Assembly: GCA_010909165.1 (NCBI GenBank)
Contig: MU008170.1
Span: 992,001 to 1,056,000, forward strand
Origin: Anthoceros angustus
Lineage: Eukaryota > Plantae > Anthocerotophyta
Reading direction: 5' to 3'
Length of the DNA: 64,000 bases
In this document: piece by piece, positions 1 through 12,409 of the stretch
Layout of the letters: every line of letters begins with the position of its first letter
How positions within the stretch are numbered: the stretch's first letter is position 1
Program-made: the position numbers and the translations under genes
The notes under the pieces: model-generated
Database searches by the model: none
The model's input: the letters and a program-made list of their open reading frames with translations, nothing else
Told to the model about the DNA's origin: nothing

Positions 1-70
1 GATGGTGGTTACCATGTGTTTTGCCTAAATCCACCACTAGTTGAGGTCCCGGATCACTATTGTACAAGAA
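1..70 (+). pseudogene. C-terminal half of PHD finger from Ty3/Gypsy pol fragment (unit A)
   Basis: DGGYHVFCLNPPLVEVPDHYC matches the PHD H-x2-C...C pattern; full context visible at 40613-41020. Confidence 0.75.
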
Positions 71-134
71 AACCAGCTACAACGGGCATAAACCATCCGA
101 GGCTTCAGCGGGGAGGCGGGGTGGAGAGGAAGAG

Positions 135-410
135 GACTCATTTTTGCTACATGTTAGATGAGATAGCTAGGACATACTCGGACAGCCCCAATGTTCGATG
201 AGATAGCTAGGACATACTCGGGGCAGTCCCATGGCAACAAGTATACTGGGGCAGTCCAGCTCCGGCTATACTCGGGGCAGTCCAGCTCCGGCTATACTCG
301 GGGCAGTCCCATGGCAACAAGTATACTGGACAGCCCCAATGTTCGATGAGATAGCTAGGACATACTCGGGGCAGTCCCATGGCAACAAGTATACTGGGGC
401 AGTCATAGTC
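135..410 (+). repeat. Short dispersed/tandem repeats (GATGAGATAGCTAGGACATACTCGG; TATACTCGGGGCAGTCC) following a purine tract
   Basis: Motifs recur several times here and in homologous blocks ~41100-41310, ~45650-45860, ~52370-52600; purine tract at ~107-130 is PPT-like. Confidence 0.7.
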
Positions 411-1721
411 CCAACTCTAGCTTCTTTAGGTTCCAATCTCTTTTGGGTTTGTAGAAATGATCACCGTCAGAACAACTATACTTGGGATGGTCCCAGTAGA
501 GAACACTCGGACACCGGTTAGGGATGGAGTGAGTGACCCTTCGGCCAAGTGTTTGAGTGTCTTTGGCTGGAATTGCTATGGTGCGTGAAGAGTGGTACAG
601 ATGGGATGGTTCTAGTGGCAATTTCACCTCTTTCTATGATAAGCTCGTCGTCACTCTAAAAACTCCTACGCTCCCACTAATTGTCTGTACGTGTTGTGAC
701 CAATGTCAAGGGACAAACTATAGGAGGAAGTAGGGGTAATCTATGCTACTGAAGAGAAAGACACTGAGGAAGAGCCAAAGCACGACTTCCACCCCAACTA
801 CGTAGAGATACTAAGGAGAAGAAGTTGGGACAGAAGGTCCTTGTTCTTTGATGACACCAACTCAAGATCTGACACCTTGTAGCACTGTAGAAATGATCAC
901 CCTGCTAACAACACACAATAGTCAGTTCTGTTTTAAACTAAGCAGACACTTGAATGCTGTAGGAGTCTAAGACTCCAAGCATCTCCTTTGAATAAGTCAT
1001 GTTTTTACCTTAGGGAGGGCTTTAGTAAGCGGTCGCATTAGATCCGTGGGGATGTATTCAAGACGATCGACTTAAAGCGCATCTCGGATGAAATGGTAAT
1101 GAATCTCGATGTCCTTGATACGTGCACCGGGACTCATGGCGCCGCGATTGTTGCGTCCGAGATTGTCGTGTATGCGTGTCGGGAGTGTCCTCTCCCAAGA
1201 CTCGATGCCGCGAGTGGAGCGATAACTTAAGAAGGTTCCACATAACGTATAAAAATATGGTATATGGATTATATAAAAATATGGTATATGGATTATATAA
1301 AATGGGTTACATAGGACTTTGAGCCTCCTTTGGCTTTGGCTTCTATGGATTGAGTATTTGAACTAAGTTTTCTAGCTAGTGACCATGAAGCGACTTCATG
1401 TCATCGTAATGACTTCGTCCGTCGTACCATATGGTGATGGTATGTGAGTCATTCTTGCACCTTCACCAGCTCATACCTCGCCAGGGCATGACACCGCCGC
1501 ACCTGTGTCGCACCTTCCACGTCGATACCGCTACCGTCCAATGCTCCGCACTTGGGCACCACCAACACCTGCGGCACACTCGACACTTCAGACAACCTCA
1601 CCGATGAAAACACGAGGCACGCATGGAAAGCTAACCCCTCACCATCCCTCCCTTCACAATTGTCCTGTGCAAACCCGGATCCTCTATATGAGAGGCGCCT
1701 CACGAACCGAGCCAAGAAGGA

Positions 1722-2008
1722 CTTGCGCTTTCATCCACTAAAGTTGAGTATAAGGCCACAGGTGACGCATGGAAGGAGTTAGAGTGGGAAAGGCAACTTT
1801 TGGAATGAATCCACTTACCTCAAAGTGCTCCCACTAAGCTTCTATGTGAAAGCATGTAGGCTATTGCCCTTTTTCCAATCCTTGGTTTCATGCAAGAACC
1901 AAGCACATTGAGCTAAACCACCATTATATCCATGGCGTGAAAGGGGCATTGTGAAAGTGGAATACATTAGTCTTGATGAGAATCATTAATATTTTTACAA
2001 AGGGCCTT
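1722..2008 (+). pseudogene. Ty1/Copia pol RNase H fragment (unit A)
   Basis: LALSSTKVEYKA...HARTKHIELNHHYI...IFTKG, frameshifted; canonical Copia RNase H motifs. Confidence 0.85.
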
Positions 2009-2365
2009 AAAGCCAAAGCATTTCAAGCATATGGCTGCCCTTGGGCTCGGAGTGTTCACTCGCCCTATGTCGAGTTGATATCTACCTTGTTGTCGTGGCG
2101 GGCTGATTCTTATTGCCTCTAGGGCTCTGGAGCCTGCTCCGCCTTCTTCCTGCTCAAAATGACGTATTCATCAGCATCTGGTAGTCTCTAAGGTTGAAGC
2201 TACACTATGAAATCTAGGCGTGAGAGGTATCAGACATATGGGTCATGTTTTAGGAGGTCATATCTTTTTTTCTTTTCTTTTGTGATTTCTTGGTTTGGTT
2301 GTAGCTGAAGGTTCTAGTCATTTTTCGCTTTCTTTGTGAGGGATTTTTGGTTTGTTTTGTTTCTA

Positions 2366-2378
2366 CACTACAAGAAAA
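2366..2378 (+). repeat. CACTA left terminal inverted repeat
   Basis: CACTACAAGAAAA read directly, preceded by CTA. Confidence 0.9.
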
Positions 2379-2667
2379 TGAGGGTTTTAGCGGTTTTACA
2401 ACGGGTGTTACAACGTGGCGTTGTAAACCGAGAGCTTCATGGCGTTGTAAACCGAGAGCTTCATGGCGTTGTAAAATTGCGACATGGCGGTTCGGTGCCA
2501 TGTCATTAAAGTGGTGATGTGGCGCCACATCATCGCCACATCACCAAGTGATGACATGGCATGTTGTTGCCACATGGCCCTTCATTGCCACATCATCAGG
2601 TGATGACATGGCATAATTTGATGACATGGCCCTCATTGCCACATCACCATGTGATGACGTGGTGCCA

Positions 2668-4260
2668 TTTTACAAAACCATTTACAACATCCCAATTGCA
2701 AAAGGAATTACAACATCTAAGTTTGAGACGTCTCGGTGTGGGTACAACGCGCTTTACAACGACCTGTTTTACAAAACCATTTACAACATCCCAATTGCAA
2801 AAGGAATTACAACATCTAAGTTTGAGACGTCTCGGTGTGGGTACAACGCGCTTTACAACGACCTGTTTTACAAAACCATCTACAACATCCCAATTGCAAA
2901 AGCAATTACAACATCTAAGTTTGAGACGTCTCGGTGTGGGTACAACGCTTTACAACGACCTGTTTTACAAAACCATCTACAACATCCCAATTGCAAAAGC
3001 AATTACAACATCTAAGTTTGAGAGGCGTCTCGGTGGGTACAACGCGCTTTACAACGACTTTTACAAAACCATCTACAACATCCCAATTGCAAGCAATTAC
3101 AACATCTAAGTTTGAGACGTCTGGGGTGGGTACAACGCGCTTTACAACGACTGTTTTACAAAACCATCTACAACATCCCAATTGCAAAAGCAATTACAAC
3201 ATCTAAGTTTGAGACGTCTCGGTGCGGGTACAACGCGCTTTACAACGACCTGTTTTACAAAACCATCTACAACATCCCAATTGCAAAAGAAATTACAACA
3301 TCTAAGTTTGAGACGTCTCGGTGCGGGTACAACGCGCTTTTACAACGACCTGTTTTACAAAACCATCTACAACATCCCAATTGCAAAAGAAATTACAACA
3401 TCTAAGTTTGAGACGTCTCGGTGCGGGTACAACGCGCTTTACAACGACCTGTTTTACAAAACCATCTACAACATCCCAATTGCAAAAGCAATTACAACAT
3501 CTAAGTTTGACGTCTCGGTGCGGGTACAACGCTTTACAACGACTTTTACAAAACCATCTACAACATCCCAATTGCAAAAGCAATTACAACATCTAAGTTT
3601 GAGGCGTCTCTGTGGGTACGCGCTTTACAACGACCTGTTTTACAAAACCATCTACAACATCCCAATTGCAAAAGCAATTACAACATCTAAGTTTGAGACG
3701 TCTCGGTGTGGGTACAACGCGCTTTACAACGACCTGTTTTACAAAACCATCTACAACATCCCAATTGCAAAAGCAATTACAACATCTAAGTTTGAGACGT
3801 CTCGGTGGGTACAACGCGCTTTACAACGACCTGTTTTACAAAACCATCTACAACATCCCAATTGCGAAAGCAATTACAACATCTAAGTTTGAGACGTCTC
3901 GGTGTGGGTACAACGCTTTACACGACTGCTTTACAAAACCATCTACAACATCCCAATTGCAAAAGCAATTACAACATCTAAGTTTGAGACGCCTCGGTGG
4001 GTACAACGCGCTTTACAACGACTGCTTTACAAAACCATCTACAACATCCCAATTGCAAAAGCAATTACAACATCTAAGTTTGAGACGTCGGGTACAACGC
4101 TTTACAACGACTGCTTTACAAAACCATCTACAACATCCCAATTGAAAGCAATTACAACATCTAAGTTTGAGACGCCCTGTGGGTACAACGCGCTTTACAA
4201 CGACTGCTTTACAAAACCATCTACAACATCCCAATTGAAAGCAATTACAACATTTAAATT
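2668..4260 (+). repeat. Left subterminal array, 99-bp unit x ~16
   Basis: Period of 99 between TTTACAACGACC at 2753 and 2852; each unit carries ~5 TACAAC/TACAAA motifs, typical of CACTA subterminal repeats. Confidence 0.9.
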
Positions 4261-4499
4261 ACAACGCCTTTTAAGTATATATATATGTAAAGACTTTAAA
4301 CAAAAATACATATTATTAATAACACAAATATCTATTTTCAGCTTCTTTAAATGGGGCATATTTACAACAAGTGTTTTACAACGTCCTTTGTTGTAAATTT
4401 TGTATCTTGCACCTTGTTGTGCATTAGTGGGACACACGAGAAATGGAATGCTACTACCAAATGCAAGCGATTCTAAACCCCAAAATGAACAGATCCTCA

Positions 4500-5150
4500 C
4501 ACAAATCCACACATTCAACTCACACAAACTCACAACGGCCCACACAAACTCGCACAAACCCACACGGGCTCTCACATAATCAGCTCACAGCTCTCACGCT
4601 CATAGGCTCGCCCGCTCACAGCTCACAGCTCTCGCTCACAAGCTCACAAGCTCTCGCTCACAGCTCTCACAGCTCTCGCTCTCACGCCTCACAAGCTGTC
4701 GCTCTCACAGGCTCACAAGCTTTCGCTCTCGCTCTCACAAGCTCATAGGCTTTCACAGCTCACAGCTCTCGCTCTCACGCTCATAGGCTCACAGACTCTC
4801 CCTCTCACAGTTTCACAGCTCACAGACTCTCCCTCTCACAGCTCAAGGCTCAATTTTCAAGGCTCACAAGCTCACAGCTCACAAGCTCTCACAGTGCTCA
4901 TAGGCTCTCCACCGCTCACAAGGCTCGCACACACTCTTGCAGGCTCGCACAAACTCACACACACACACTCACACACACACACACACACACACACACAAAT
5001 AACACACAAACATAGAAGCCATTCCCCGGACACACAGACTCCCACAAACAAACATGGGGCCATTCCCCAGACACACACTCACAAACATTGGGGCCATTCC
5101 CCAGACACACACAAAGGGACATTCCCACAAAAGCCGATGTCGATATCAAT
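4500..5150. repeat. GCTCACA/CT-rich low-complexity tract and (CA)n microsatellite
   Basis: Direct reading; (CA)n near 4955-5000. Confidence 0.85.
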
Positions 5151-5162
5151 TTCTAAGAGTTT

Positions 5163-6560
5163 CTAAGGAGCAACTAAAAGAAAGCACCAAACTAGAATTC
5201 CTCGCTCCTTGATCTCTTCAAATTGGACTTGTTGAAGCCTCATTTCCTTCCTCTTCATGCTCTTCACCCTTGATGACTTGAGCTCTTTGGCGTAGTCCGG
5301 ACCTAGCTTCACAAGGCGTTGAGCTTCAAGTTCTGTCGTCGATTCGATGAGAGGCCATGAGACTGAAAAACTTTTCCCTGCATTTAGAGAGGGATACCTC
5401 AACCTCTTCAAATTCTTCCACCTCTTCCACGAGATGGAGTGGTTCAACTTCAACAAGTACTTCATCAGGGCTTCGTTCCACACCGGTGCTGACCACACTT
5501 GGGGAGGTTAAGGCTTCCCCACCCGAGGGGGCGGAGGCCACACCCGATTCTGCAAGAATCGAATATGTTACCAAGAAGCCAGGTGTTACAACAAACAGAC
5601 TTGAAAGATCTTCTATAAGAACTACAGAGGAGAAAGATCCTCACTTAACCCGGGCTTCAATCTAGGCACCAAATTGTCCAAAAACCAGCCGTCATCGTCC
5701 ACTTGCTTGCGCTCCAATGCCGATACGGCTCCTATGGCAAATCCAAAAACGAGTTAAAATAGGACAATCAAAACTTGCAAAGACATCAAATCAAAATCTT
5801 ACCATCCAAATCATCATCTTTGTAACCAGCATCCTTGAGGTCCCGCCACAATTGTTTGGCACCTATTCTGGGGTTGGAGCCAAACGCTCCGGATGAGGAA
5901 GATTGGCGGCCGTCAATATGTTTCAAGTTTTATTATCCAATTTCCGGCCTTCTTGCCACCTCTCTCTTGCTCCGTGGGGCGTCTACCAAAGAGTTGGTAA
6001 AACCGATTTGTAAACTTCACAAACCCACCATTACCAAAGTGGGCATACGGTGGGCATCCGAGTTCAACTTCCTCAACATTGCTATGCGTTTTGTGCGAGA
6101 CATCTCCATCCCGGCCTTGGCTTTTCATTCTCCACAATGCGATCCCAATCGGTCACCGAGATATCACGAGGCTTATACTTAGGTGGATGATTACCCTCAA
6201 GAAATTGTCTTGCGCATCTTGCAAGATTGTTCTTCCAATTGCGCAACATGGTGTTGAACATTTGGTCACACACATGAGCCATGCTCCAAATCCCACCAAC
6301 ATCTCTTGAATGGCTGCCTCCACAATTGCTTGTGTCTCTAGTTTCTCTCCCGGTTGCCAATCAATGGATCCATGAAGTGCCGCATTACCCACCTCAACCG
6401 AAATTGGAGCACTTCATAGTATGAATCTTCTTTAATCCAACGACACACATGAGAAGGAAAACATCGAATATGCTTGTACATGCCGTGCGAGCATGTGGCT
6501 GTAAGTGGCATGTATAGGCCACATGCTTGTCTGAGCACATGCCTCTGAGCATGTGGCATG
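5163..6560 (-). pseudogene. CACTA TnpA/PttA-like (Transposase_24-type) protein, frameshifted
   Basis: Joined frames give ...QMFNTMLRNWKNNLARCARQFLEGNHPPKYKPRDISVTDWDRIVENEK...PYAHFGNGGFVKFTNRFYQLFGRRPTEQE, resembling the RxWK...DW..IV...HxxG pattern of En/Spm TnpA-like proteins; recognised by eye only. Confidence 0.55.
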
Positions 6561-6599
6561 TACATCCTTGTACAGTTAGCCAAGCAGCCACACACCGCA

Positions 6600-7280
6600 T
6601 GTTTAGCTTGAGACCAAACGAGAAACACACTGCTTAGGCTTGAGAGACCAAAGGAGAAACATGGGCGATCAAGGCCACACACACACACTTTAGGCTTGCG
6701 AGACCAAAAGAGAAACATGGGCGATCAAGGCCACACACCGCCAGTTTAGACTTGAGAGACCAAAAAGAAACACGGCGATCAAGGCCACACACACACTGCT
6801 TAGGCTTGAGAGACCAAAAAGAAACACGGCGATCAAGGCCACACACTGCATGTTTAGCTTGAGACCAAAGAGAAACACACACACTGTTTAGGCTTGAGAG
6901 ACCAAAGGAGAAACATGGGCGATCAAGGCCACACACCGCCAGTTTAGGCTTGCGAGACCAAAAGAGAAACATGGGCGATCAAGGCCACACACCGCCAGTT
7001 TAGACTTGAGAGACCAAAGAGAAACATCGGCGATCAAGGCCACACACTGTTTAGGCTTGAGAGACCAAAAAGAAACACAGGCGGTCAAGGCCACACACAT
7101 GTTTAGCAGCGGACCAATAGAAAAATCTGGCGATCAGGCCACACACTTGTGGCTTTAGGCTTGAGAGACCAAAAAGAGAAACATCGGCAGTCAAGGCCAC
7201 ACACTTGCCTGTTCAGGATTGAGAGACCAAAAGAGAAACATTGGGCAGTCAGCAGTCAAGGCCACACACCTGCCTGGACA
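6600..7280. repeat. Minisatellite (TTAGGCTTGAGAGACCAAAAGAGAAACA...GGCGATCAAGGCCACACAC), probably intronic
   Basis: About 10-12 imperfect ~55-65-bp copies. Confidence 0.8.
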
Positions 7281-7464
7281 AGCTTATGAAAGTAAAAGCA
7301 AGGAGTCAGTTTCAACTAAAACCAGTAAACACCTAATTCTAGATGAATGTCCGACTGTGGAATGACGTGCGTGCATTTGGGCAGTCTCCCTTTAATTCGA
7401 TTTCTCCTTGGCAATTGCGGCGGATCTCCGTCCGCCATCTCCCTCCTCCACATGGATTTTCCAC

Positions 7465-7790
7465 TTCTTGGCTGCTCCATCAGGCTGCACTTCTTCAAAG
7501 CTGAGAACCAACATTGACGGAAGGGTTAGGAGTAGGAGTGGTGGAGGTGGCATGGGAGTACTGGGCTGGATTGAAGGTCCGGTAAGTTTTGAGCCAGTGT
7601 CACGGACAAGGGAGGAAGCGAGCTTGGCTGCTCCATCAGGCTGCACTTCTTCAAAGCTGAGAACCAACATTGACGGAAGGGTTAGGAGTAGGAGTGGTGG
7701 AGGTGGCATGGGAGTACGACACCGTGGATTGAAGGTCCGGTAAGTTTTGAGCCAGTGTCACGGACAAGGGAGGAAGCGAGCTTGCCTTCT
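7465..7790. repeat. Tandem duplication of ~160 bp
   Basis: CTTGGCTGCTCCATCAGGCTGCAC...GGAAGCGAG occurs twice. Confidence 0.85.
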
Positions 7791-7799
7791 TCGCAGCTA

Positions 7800-8400
7800 T
7801 CATCTTTCTCAAAAGGTCTGCGTGTGCACATAAGCCACCGCTGGTGGCCCTTGTTCTCTCATCCGAAGACCTAAGAGGAGGTGGTGGTGACTTGAGGCAG
7901 TCGGTTCGCTTCTCCACGGCAGCGGCACGAGCTCTTCCACAGCGCCATGGGATTAGCGGCGCCGGTACTCCTCCACGGCATCGAGGCGGCCTCCTCCTCC
8001 ACGGCATTAGGAGGCTGCTCCTCCTCCACGGCATCGGAGGAGGCTGCTCCTCCACGCATCGGGAGGAGGCGCTTGTTCTCCACCGCCAGGCGGTGGCCCT
8101 TGTTCTCTCATCACACACAAGTGAGAAAAGAAAAGCCATCGTTTAGAGCTCATTATCATCACCGACCCTAGAGCTCGCGGTAACTAGTTGAAGGCGGTGA
8201 TTCAAACACAGGCTGCGGTGCGATCATTGCGCTTGGACAAAGCCGTTGATGCACAACTCACATTTCGAGGCGGCCTCCTCCTCCACGGCATCGGCTTCCG
8301 CTCCTTTGAGACGCCCTCCCGCTTCTTTGCCTTCACGGTGGCCCATTTTTACGCACGCTAGGCTTGTCGACAAGCGGAAGCGGCTCCTTGGCTTGCTGTC
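7800..8400 (-). pseudogene. Low-complexity Glu/Ala-rich coding-like segment, possibly a 5' exon of the TnpA-like gene
   Basis: ORFs 7651-8139 and 7871-8083 with AVEEE repeats; same strand and upstream of the TnpA-like fragments; linkage inferred. Confidence 0.3.
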
Positions 8401-9114
8401 TACTAAAACCCAACCACCGAGCCGTTAGAGGCGGATCCTTCCACCACGGCATCCACTGCGTCCCCACCACTAATCTTGTTGTGGCCAAAGTCTTGTTTCC
8501 TTATCGCGTTACGCATGACAATGCAAACCCAACCGCACTTGCGTGTAGTGCGCACCATCTACATTGCAAGGTGGTTGGGGTTAGTAGAAAGGCGCTTAGC
8601 AACCTTTGCCCATGAAAGTGCGTGCCTAAAAAGCACCAAGCATAAGAGATTGGGGATGCACACAAACCTTCTTGATCCAAGGAATTCAATTTCGTAAGCC
8701 CTAATTGTGTTGTAGGTCGAATTGCGTCACTAACTAAACACGAGCTTGTGTGTAGTCACTAACTAAACACCATGTGCCGTTGTTAGAGCTTGTGTGCAAT
8801 ACACAACGTGTCTGCCGACCAAGATCTCGGCGTGAGAGAGGGAGGCGGCCGACTCAACATGTGACCGCCGCCGCTAAGCAAAGTCGGGCAATCTCTCTCA
8901 AGCAATCCTTGAAGCTGCCCGCAAAGCCAAGTCGACAATCTTAAGCAAACAGTGCGGCCTTGTGTCTGGATGGACGTCAAATTCCGCTCGTGCTTCTTCT
9001 TCCCGCGCTTTACAAAGCCTTCCCGCACTTCTCATGACCTTCCCGCGCTTCTAAAATGTGCAGAGGCATGGTTGGCTTCCCGCGCTTCTCTCAAACACAT
9101 AGACTCTCAATTAT

Positions 9115-9460
9115 AATACACACAGGCTCTCATCACACACCCCGATGGCAGGCTGCATGGCCTCAATTACACTACATACAGAAGCTCCCACTCGTCACAC
9201 ATCCCGATGGCAAGCCCGGCTCTCACACACCCCGATGGCTGGCCCCATGGCCCTCAATTACACTAGCTACACAAGCTCCCCCACCTCACACACCCCGATG
9301 GCAGGCCGCATGGCCCTCAATTACACTAGCTACACAAGCTCCCCCACCTCACATACCCCGATGGCAAGCCGCATGGCCCTCAAGTACACTAGCTGCACAA
9401 GCTCCCCCACGTCACACACCCCGATGGCAAGCCCGGTTCTCACACACCCCGAGGGCAATC
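9115..9460. repeat. ~62-bp tandem repeat (CACACACCCCGATGGCAGGCCGCATGGCCCTCAATTACACTAG...)
   Basis: About 5-6 copies read directly. Confidence 0.85.
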
Positions 9461-10409
9461 GACATACACAGGCTCTCAACACATACGTCGCAGTATGTAA
9501 ACATCTACTTGTACAGACATGAACCCGCCTTTATATCAGGATTTGTGTGCAAGCATGTTCCTTGGACAAGATCTTGCATGCATTGCACCCGCCTCACGCC
9601 ATGTGCACTGCGTCACCTACCTCGTGCACTGCAGTGCTGGTGAGTTTGTATGAAACGACTTTGAAACTACTATTTGCAACGCTCCGTTGTTAAGTCGGAA
9701 CGATTACCATTTACAACACACTCGTTGTAAAATTAGAAACTATTACTATTTACAACGTTCAGTTCACTTTTACGTTCTAAAATCTCTAGTAGGTAAAAGT
9801 GGTACACATATGGAACTGCACAAAAGGAAACTAAGAGACCCCTCTCTTCTACCGTGCGGCTCGGCTCTTACATTTCTCAAGAAAGGTCGGCCACGGGCGC
9901 TTAGGATCCATGTCATGCGCACAAACCGATCCCCTACATTCTTGTGTACATACGTATCTGATTCACCTTAGTTCATGGTAGGCAAAGAAAGATGCTCACC
10001 TCACTGGTGCCCAAGGTGGATCGAAATGGCTATGGAAATTTGTGCATGTTCACCGAGGGGTGGTGCTTTTTGAACATATGGTTGGAAAGAGGAGGTCATC
10101 ACGGTAATTGTGGTGTTGAGAACATTGCGGTCGATTTTCTTGTAATTAGAAATTCATAATAAAAAAAACGCCAAAATGGGGCAAAAGGCAGCCTTGGGTT
10201 AAGCATGCTCGGCTCCACGGCCTGCAGCCTGCTGTGCAAAAGTTCTCGGCTTCTTCCGTGGCGAACACTTCCAGGGCTTAGTTGAGAAAACTAGATTGCA
10301 AACTAGCCGGTGGAGTGGAGCCAGTGGCCGGGGGCGTAACGACGAATCCCGCGCCTCGAGAACCAAGTAATAAACTTCGGGTGAGGTTTAGGCGCTGGGC
10401 CTGTCTGGT

Positions 10410-10763
10410 ACACATACTCCGTGATGCTCGCACGTATTCACATCCCATCGTAACAATCCCTTCATAATCACGCAATGTGCGACTTTATGTACTTGTTCCA
10501 ACTCGACAACTCAATTTGGAGCGGGTAGACATTTCTACCATGGGACAATGCACATCAGCCATGTCATTGACCACCGTTGCAAACTCAAACACTTTTATCC
10601 TCCTTGATACTCCGGTGGCAAATAGCTCGTCATCCCGATCAAACTCAATCGGACACAATATTGGAGGAGTGGAAGAGGTCCCCATGCCGCAACTCTGCAA
10701 TTACCGAAGGCGTAACGGTGAAAGCATATGAGTGATGAGGTTTTGATGGTGACCCATGCAAGC
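10410..10763 (-). pseudogene. COP1: Captured COP1 (E3 ligase) fragment, start of WD40 domain
   Basis: Joined frames give VIAELRHGDLFHSSNIVS.IEFDRDDELFAT.GVSRRIKVFEFATVVNDMADVHCPMVEMSTRSKLSC.SWNKYIKSHIA.DYEGIVT.WDVNT..SITEY, closely matching plant COP1; preceded by a TTTGTAG acceptor-like site; no RING, coiled-coil or remaining WD repeats. Confidence 0.9.
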
Positions 10764-11351
10764 CTACAAATAAAGCTTTAATGCTTCTTTCCTTTTGAGG
10801 GAAACCATTGGCATGAAAATGGCAAGATATGACAACGGAGTGCTTGAGCAGGGGCTGCTTAGCGTAGTGTGCTCCTCGGAGATATTTTGATGGCGAGATA
10901 GAGGATTGTATGGAGCGTAGCTATGTTGTCCCTTAGGTGCTTTCAAGGCTATTGCTTGGGACTCGTGCCCCTTTAATGTGTAAAAGATCCGGTGGGAATG
11001 AATAGAATAAGGGCTAAAGGGCAATGCTTCCTCGGCCATCCACTTGAGCCCGAGTCTTAAAACCTCGATTCGCCCCTCCTTAAACGGTGCTAAAGAATTT
11101 AAGTCTTCTTGGCACTCATCATCATGCCGATTGTTGATGTTGCCGATGAAGCGGCTAGGCGGTACCTAATGAGAGTTCAATCCTCGATCGCACACCGTAA
11201 CGCATTTCGAGGTTCCGCATTAACACCGCCCACACCCACTCATGCATAATCGCCGAGACAGTTGAAAGACCCACATATGGTTTCTTTGACGCCATGGAGT
11301 TTGAGAGTAAGGGGCTCCTTGGGGCTGTCACTTTGTTCCTGCTTTCCAGCG

Positions 11352-11508
11352 AACTCGGTTGTGAACTCCGATTGTGAACTCGGTTGTGAACTCCGATTGT
11401 GAACTCCGATTGTGAACTCGGTTGTGAACTCCGATTGTGAACTCGGTTGTGAACTCCGATTGTGTTTGTCCGACCCGATTGTGAACTCGGTTGTGAACTC
11501 CGATTGTG
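11352..11508. repeat. 12/13-bp minisatellite GTGAACTCCGATT / GTGAACTCGGTT
   Basis: About 11 alternating units read directly. Confidence 0.9.
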
Positions 11509-12409
11509 TTAAGCGACCCGGCCGTCAAGTGCGTTTTGAGCAGCGATGGCGGACAACTGGCGAGCCGGCCGAGAACCATCCGGAGGTGATGGCGCCGACA
11601 ACTGGCGAGCCGGCCGAGGACCTTCCGGAGGTGGATCCCAGTCGGAGGAGATGCGTGATGAAGAGGAGGTGATGCACATGAATTGTGCAAACTTTGACCC
11701 TTGTGACAAGGGTTGTGTAACATTGCGTCCGCTTCCTAGCCTTCCTCGGAGAAAGAGAAGGGTCCCACCCTTCCGGATGGAACTCGTCCTTGTTTTTGGT
11801 CACATGCTTCCACGCTGCACGCCTTGATGCAGCTATCATCACAGTTGGTACTACTCTCGATCCGGGGTCTCCAAGGGCTTACTTTTGTGAAGAAAGCGGA
11901 ACTCGGATGACTCGACTTGACCGGGAGAAATCTGATCTTGTGCCCGAACCTAATCATCTCCTTCTATCGTAAGTGTAAAAGTCTGAGTGATCTGCTTTGC
12001 ATGATAAATGCTAATAAGGTAGATTTTTGTTGAGGCTCAAGGTTTTAATCGGCATCACGAATGGAGCATGACGAGCCACCTTACGCTTTTGTGAAGACTA
12101 TGCTCCTGATACGGACCAGGAGCCGGATCTGAGTGATAATGAACTCATCACAAATGTGGTTTCTGTAGTCTACCCAAGTCACGCGAGGTTGGCAAAGACG
12201 ATCTGCCTATCAGACTGATGTAAAGCTGTCTGAGCTTTTGATATAAAGTTGCTCACACATTTCACAATCTTGAGTCCCACGCAAATAAGGAAAGGCTTGC
12301 GCCCAGCCTTAAGTAAGCTAAGGCTATATCAATAGCACACTACGGTGCTTTACAACGAATGCTTTGCAAATTGCCCAAACTGTTGCAATGCTAGCTAGCG
12401 CTTTGGACC

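Larger units (their letters stand above)
1..2365. repeat. Partial copy of ~4.6-kb mosaic tandem unit A, interrupted at 2365 by the CACTA insertion
   Basis: Colinear with ~40950-43195, ~45490-47845 and ~52220-54480; landmark GGGTCATGTTTTAGGAGG near 2240, 43074, 47727, 54351. Confidence 0.9.

Noticed and set aside
2668-4260. CRISPR-like regular array
   Set aside because: The whole 99-bp unit repeats with no unique spacers, there are no cas genes, the context is eukaryotic, and it sits at a CACTA end
2561-4396. Many 70-234 aa ORFs (YKTIYNIPIAK..., TKPSTTSQLQK...)
   Set aside because: Translations of the tandem repeat in several frames, not proteins
8430-8620. Myb/SANT-like motif on minus strand (HALSWAKVAKRL...RTTRKC)
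   Set aside because: Resemblance is weak, interrupted by a stop and not distinguishable from chance by eye
10410-10763. Functional COP1 gene
   Set aside because: Only the first WD40 repeats are present; no RING, coiled coil or further exons within the element
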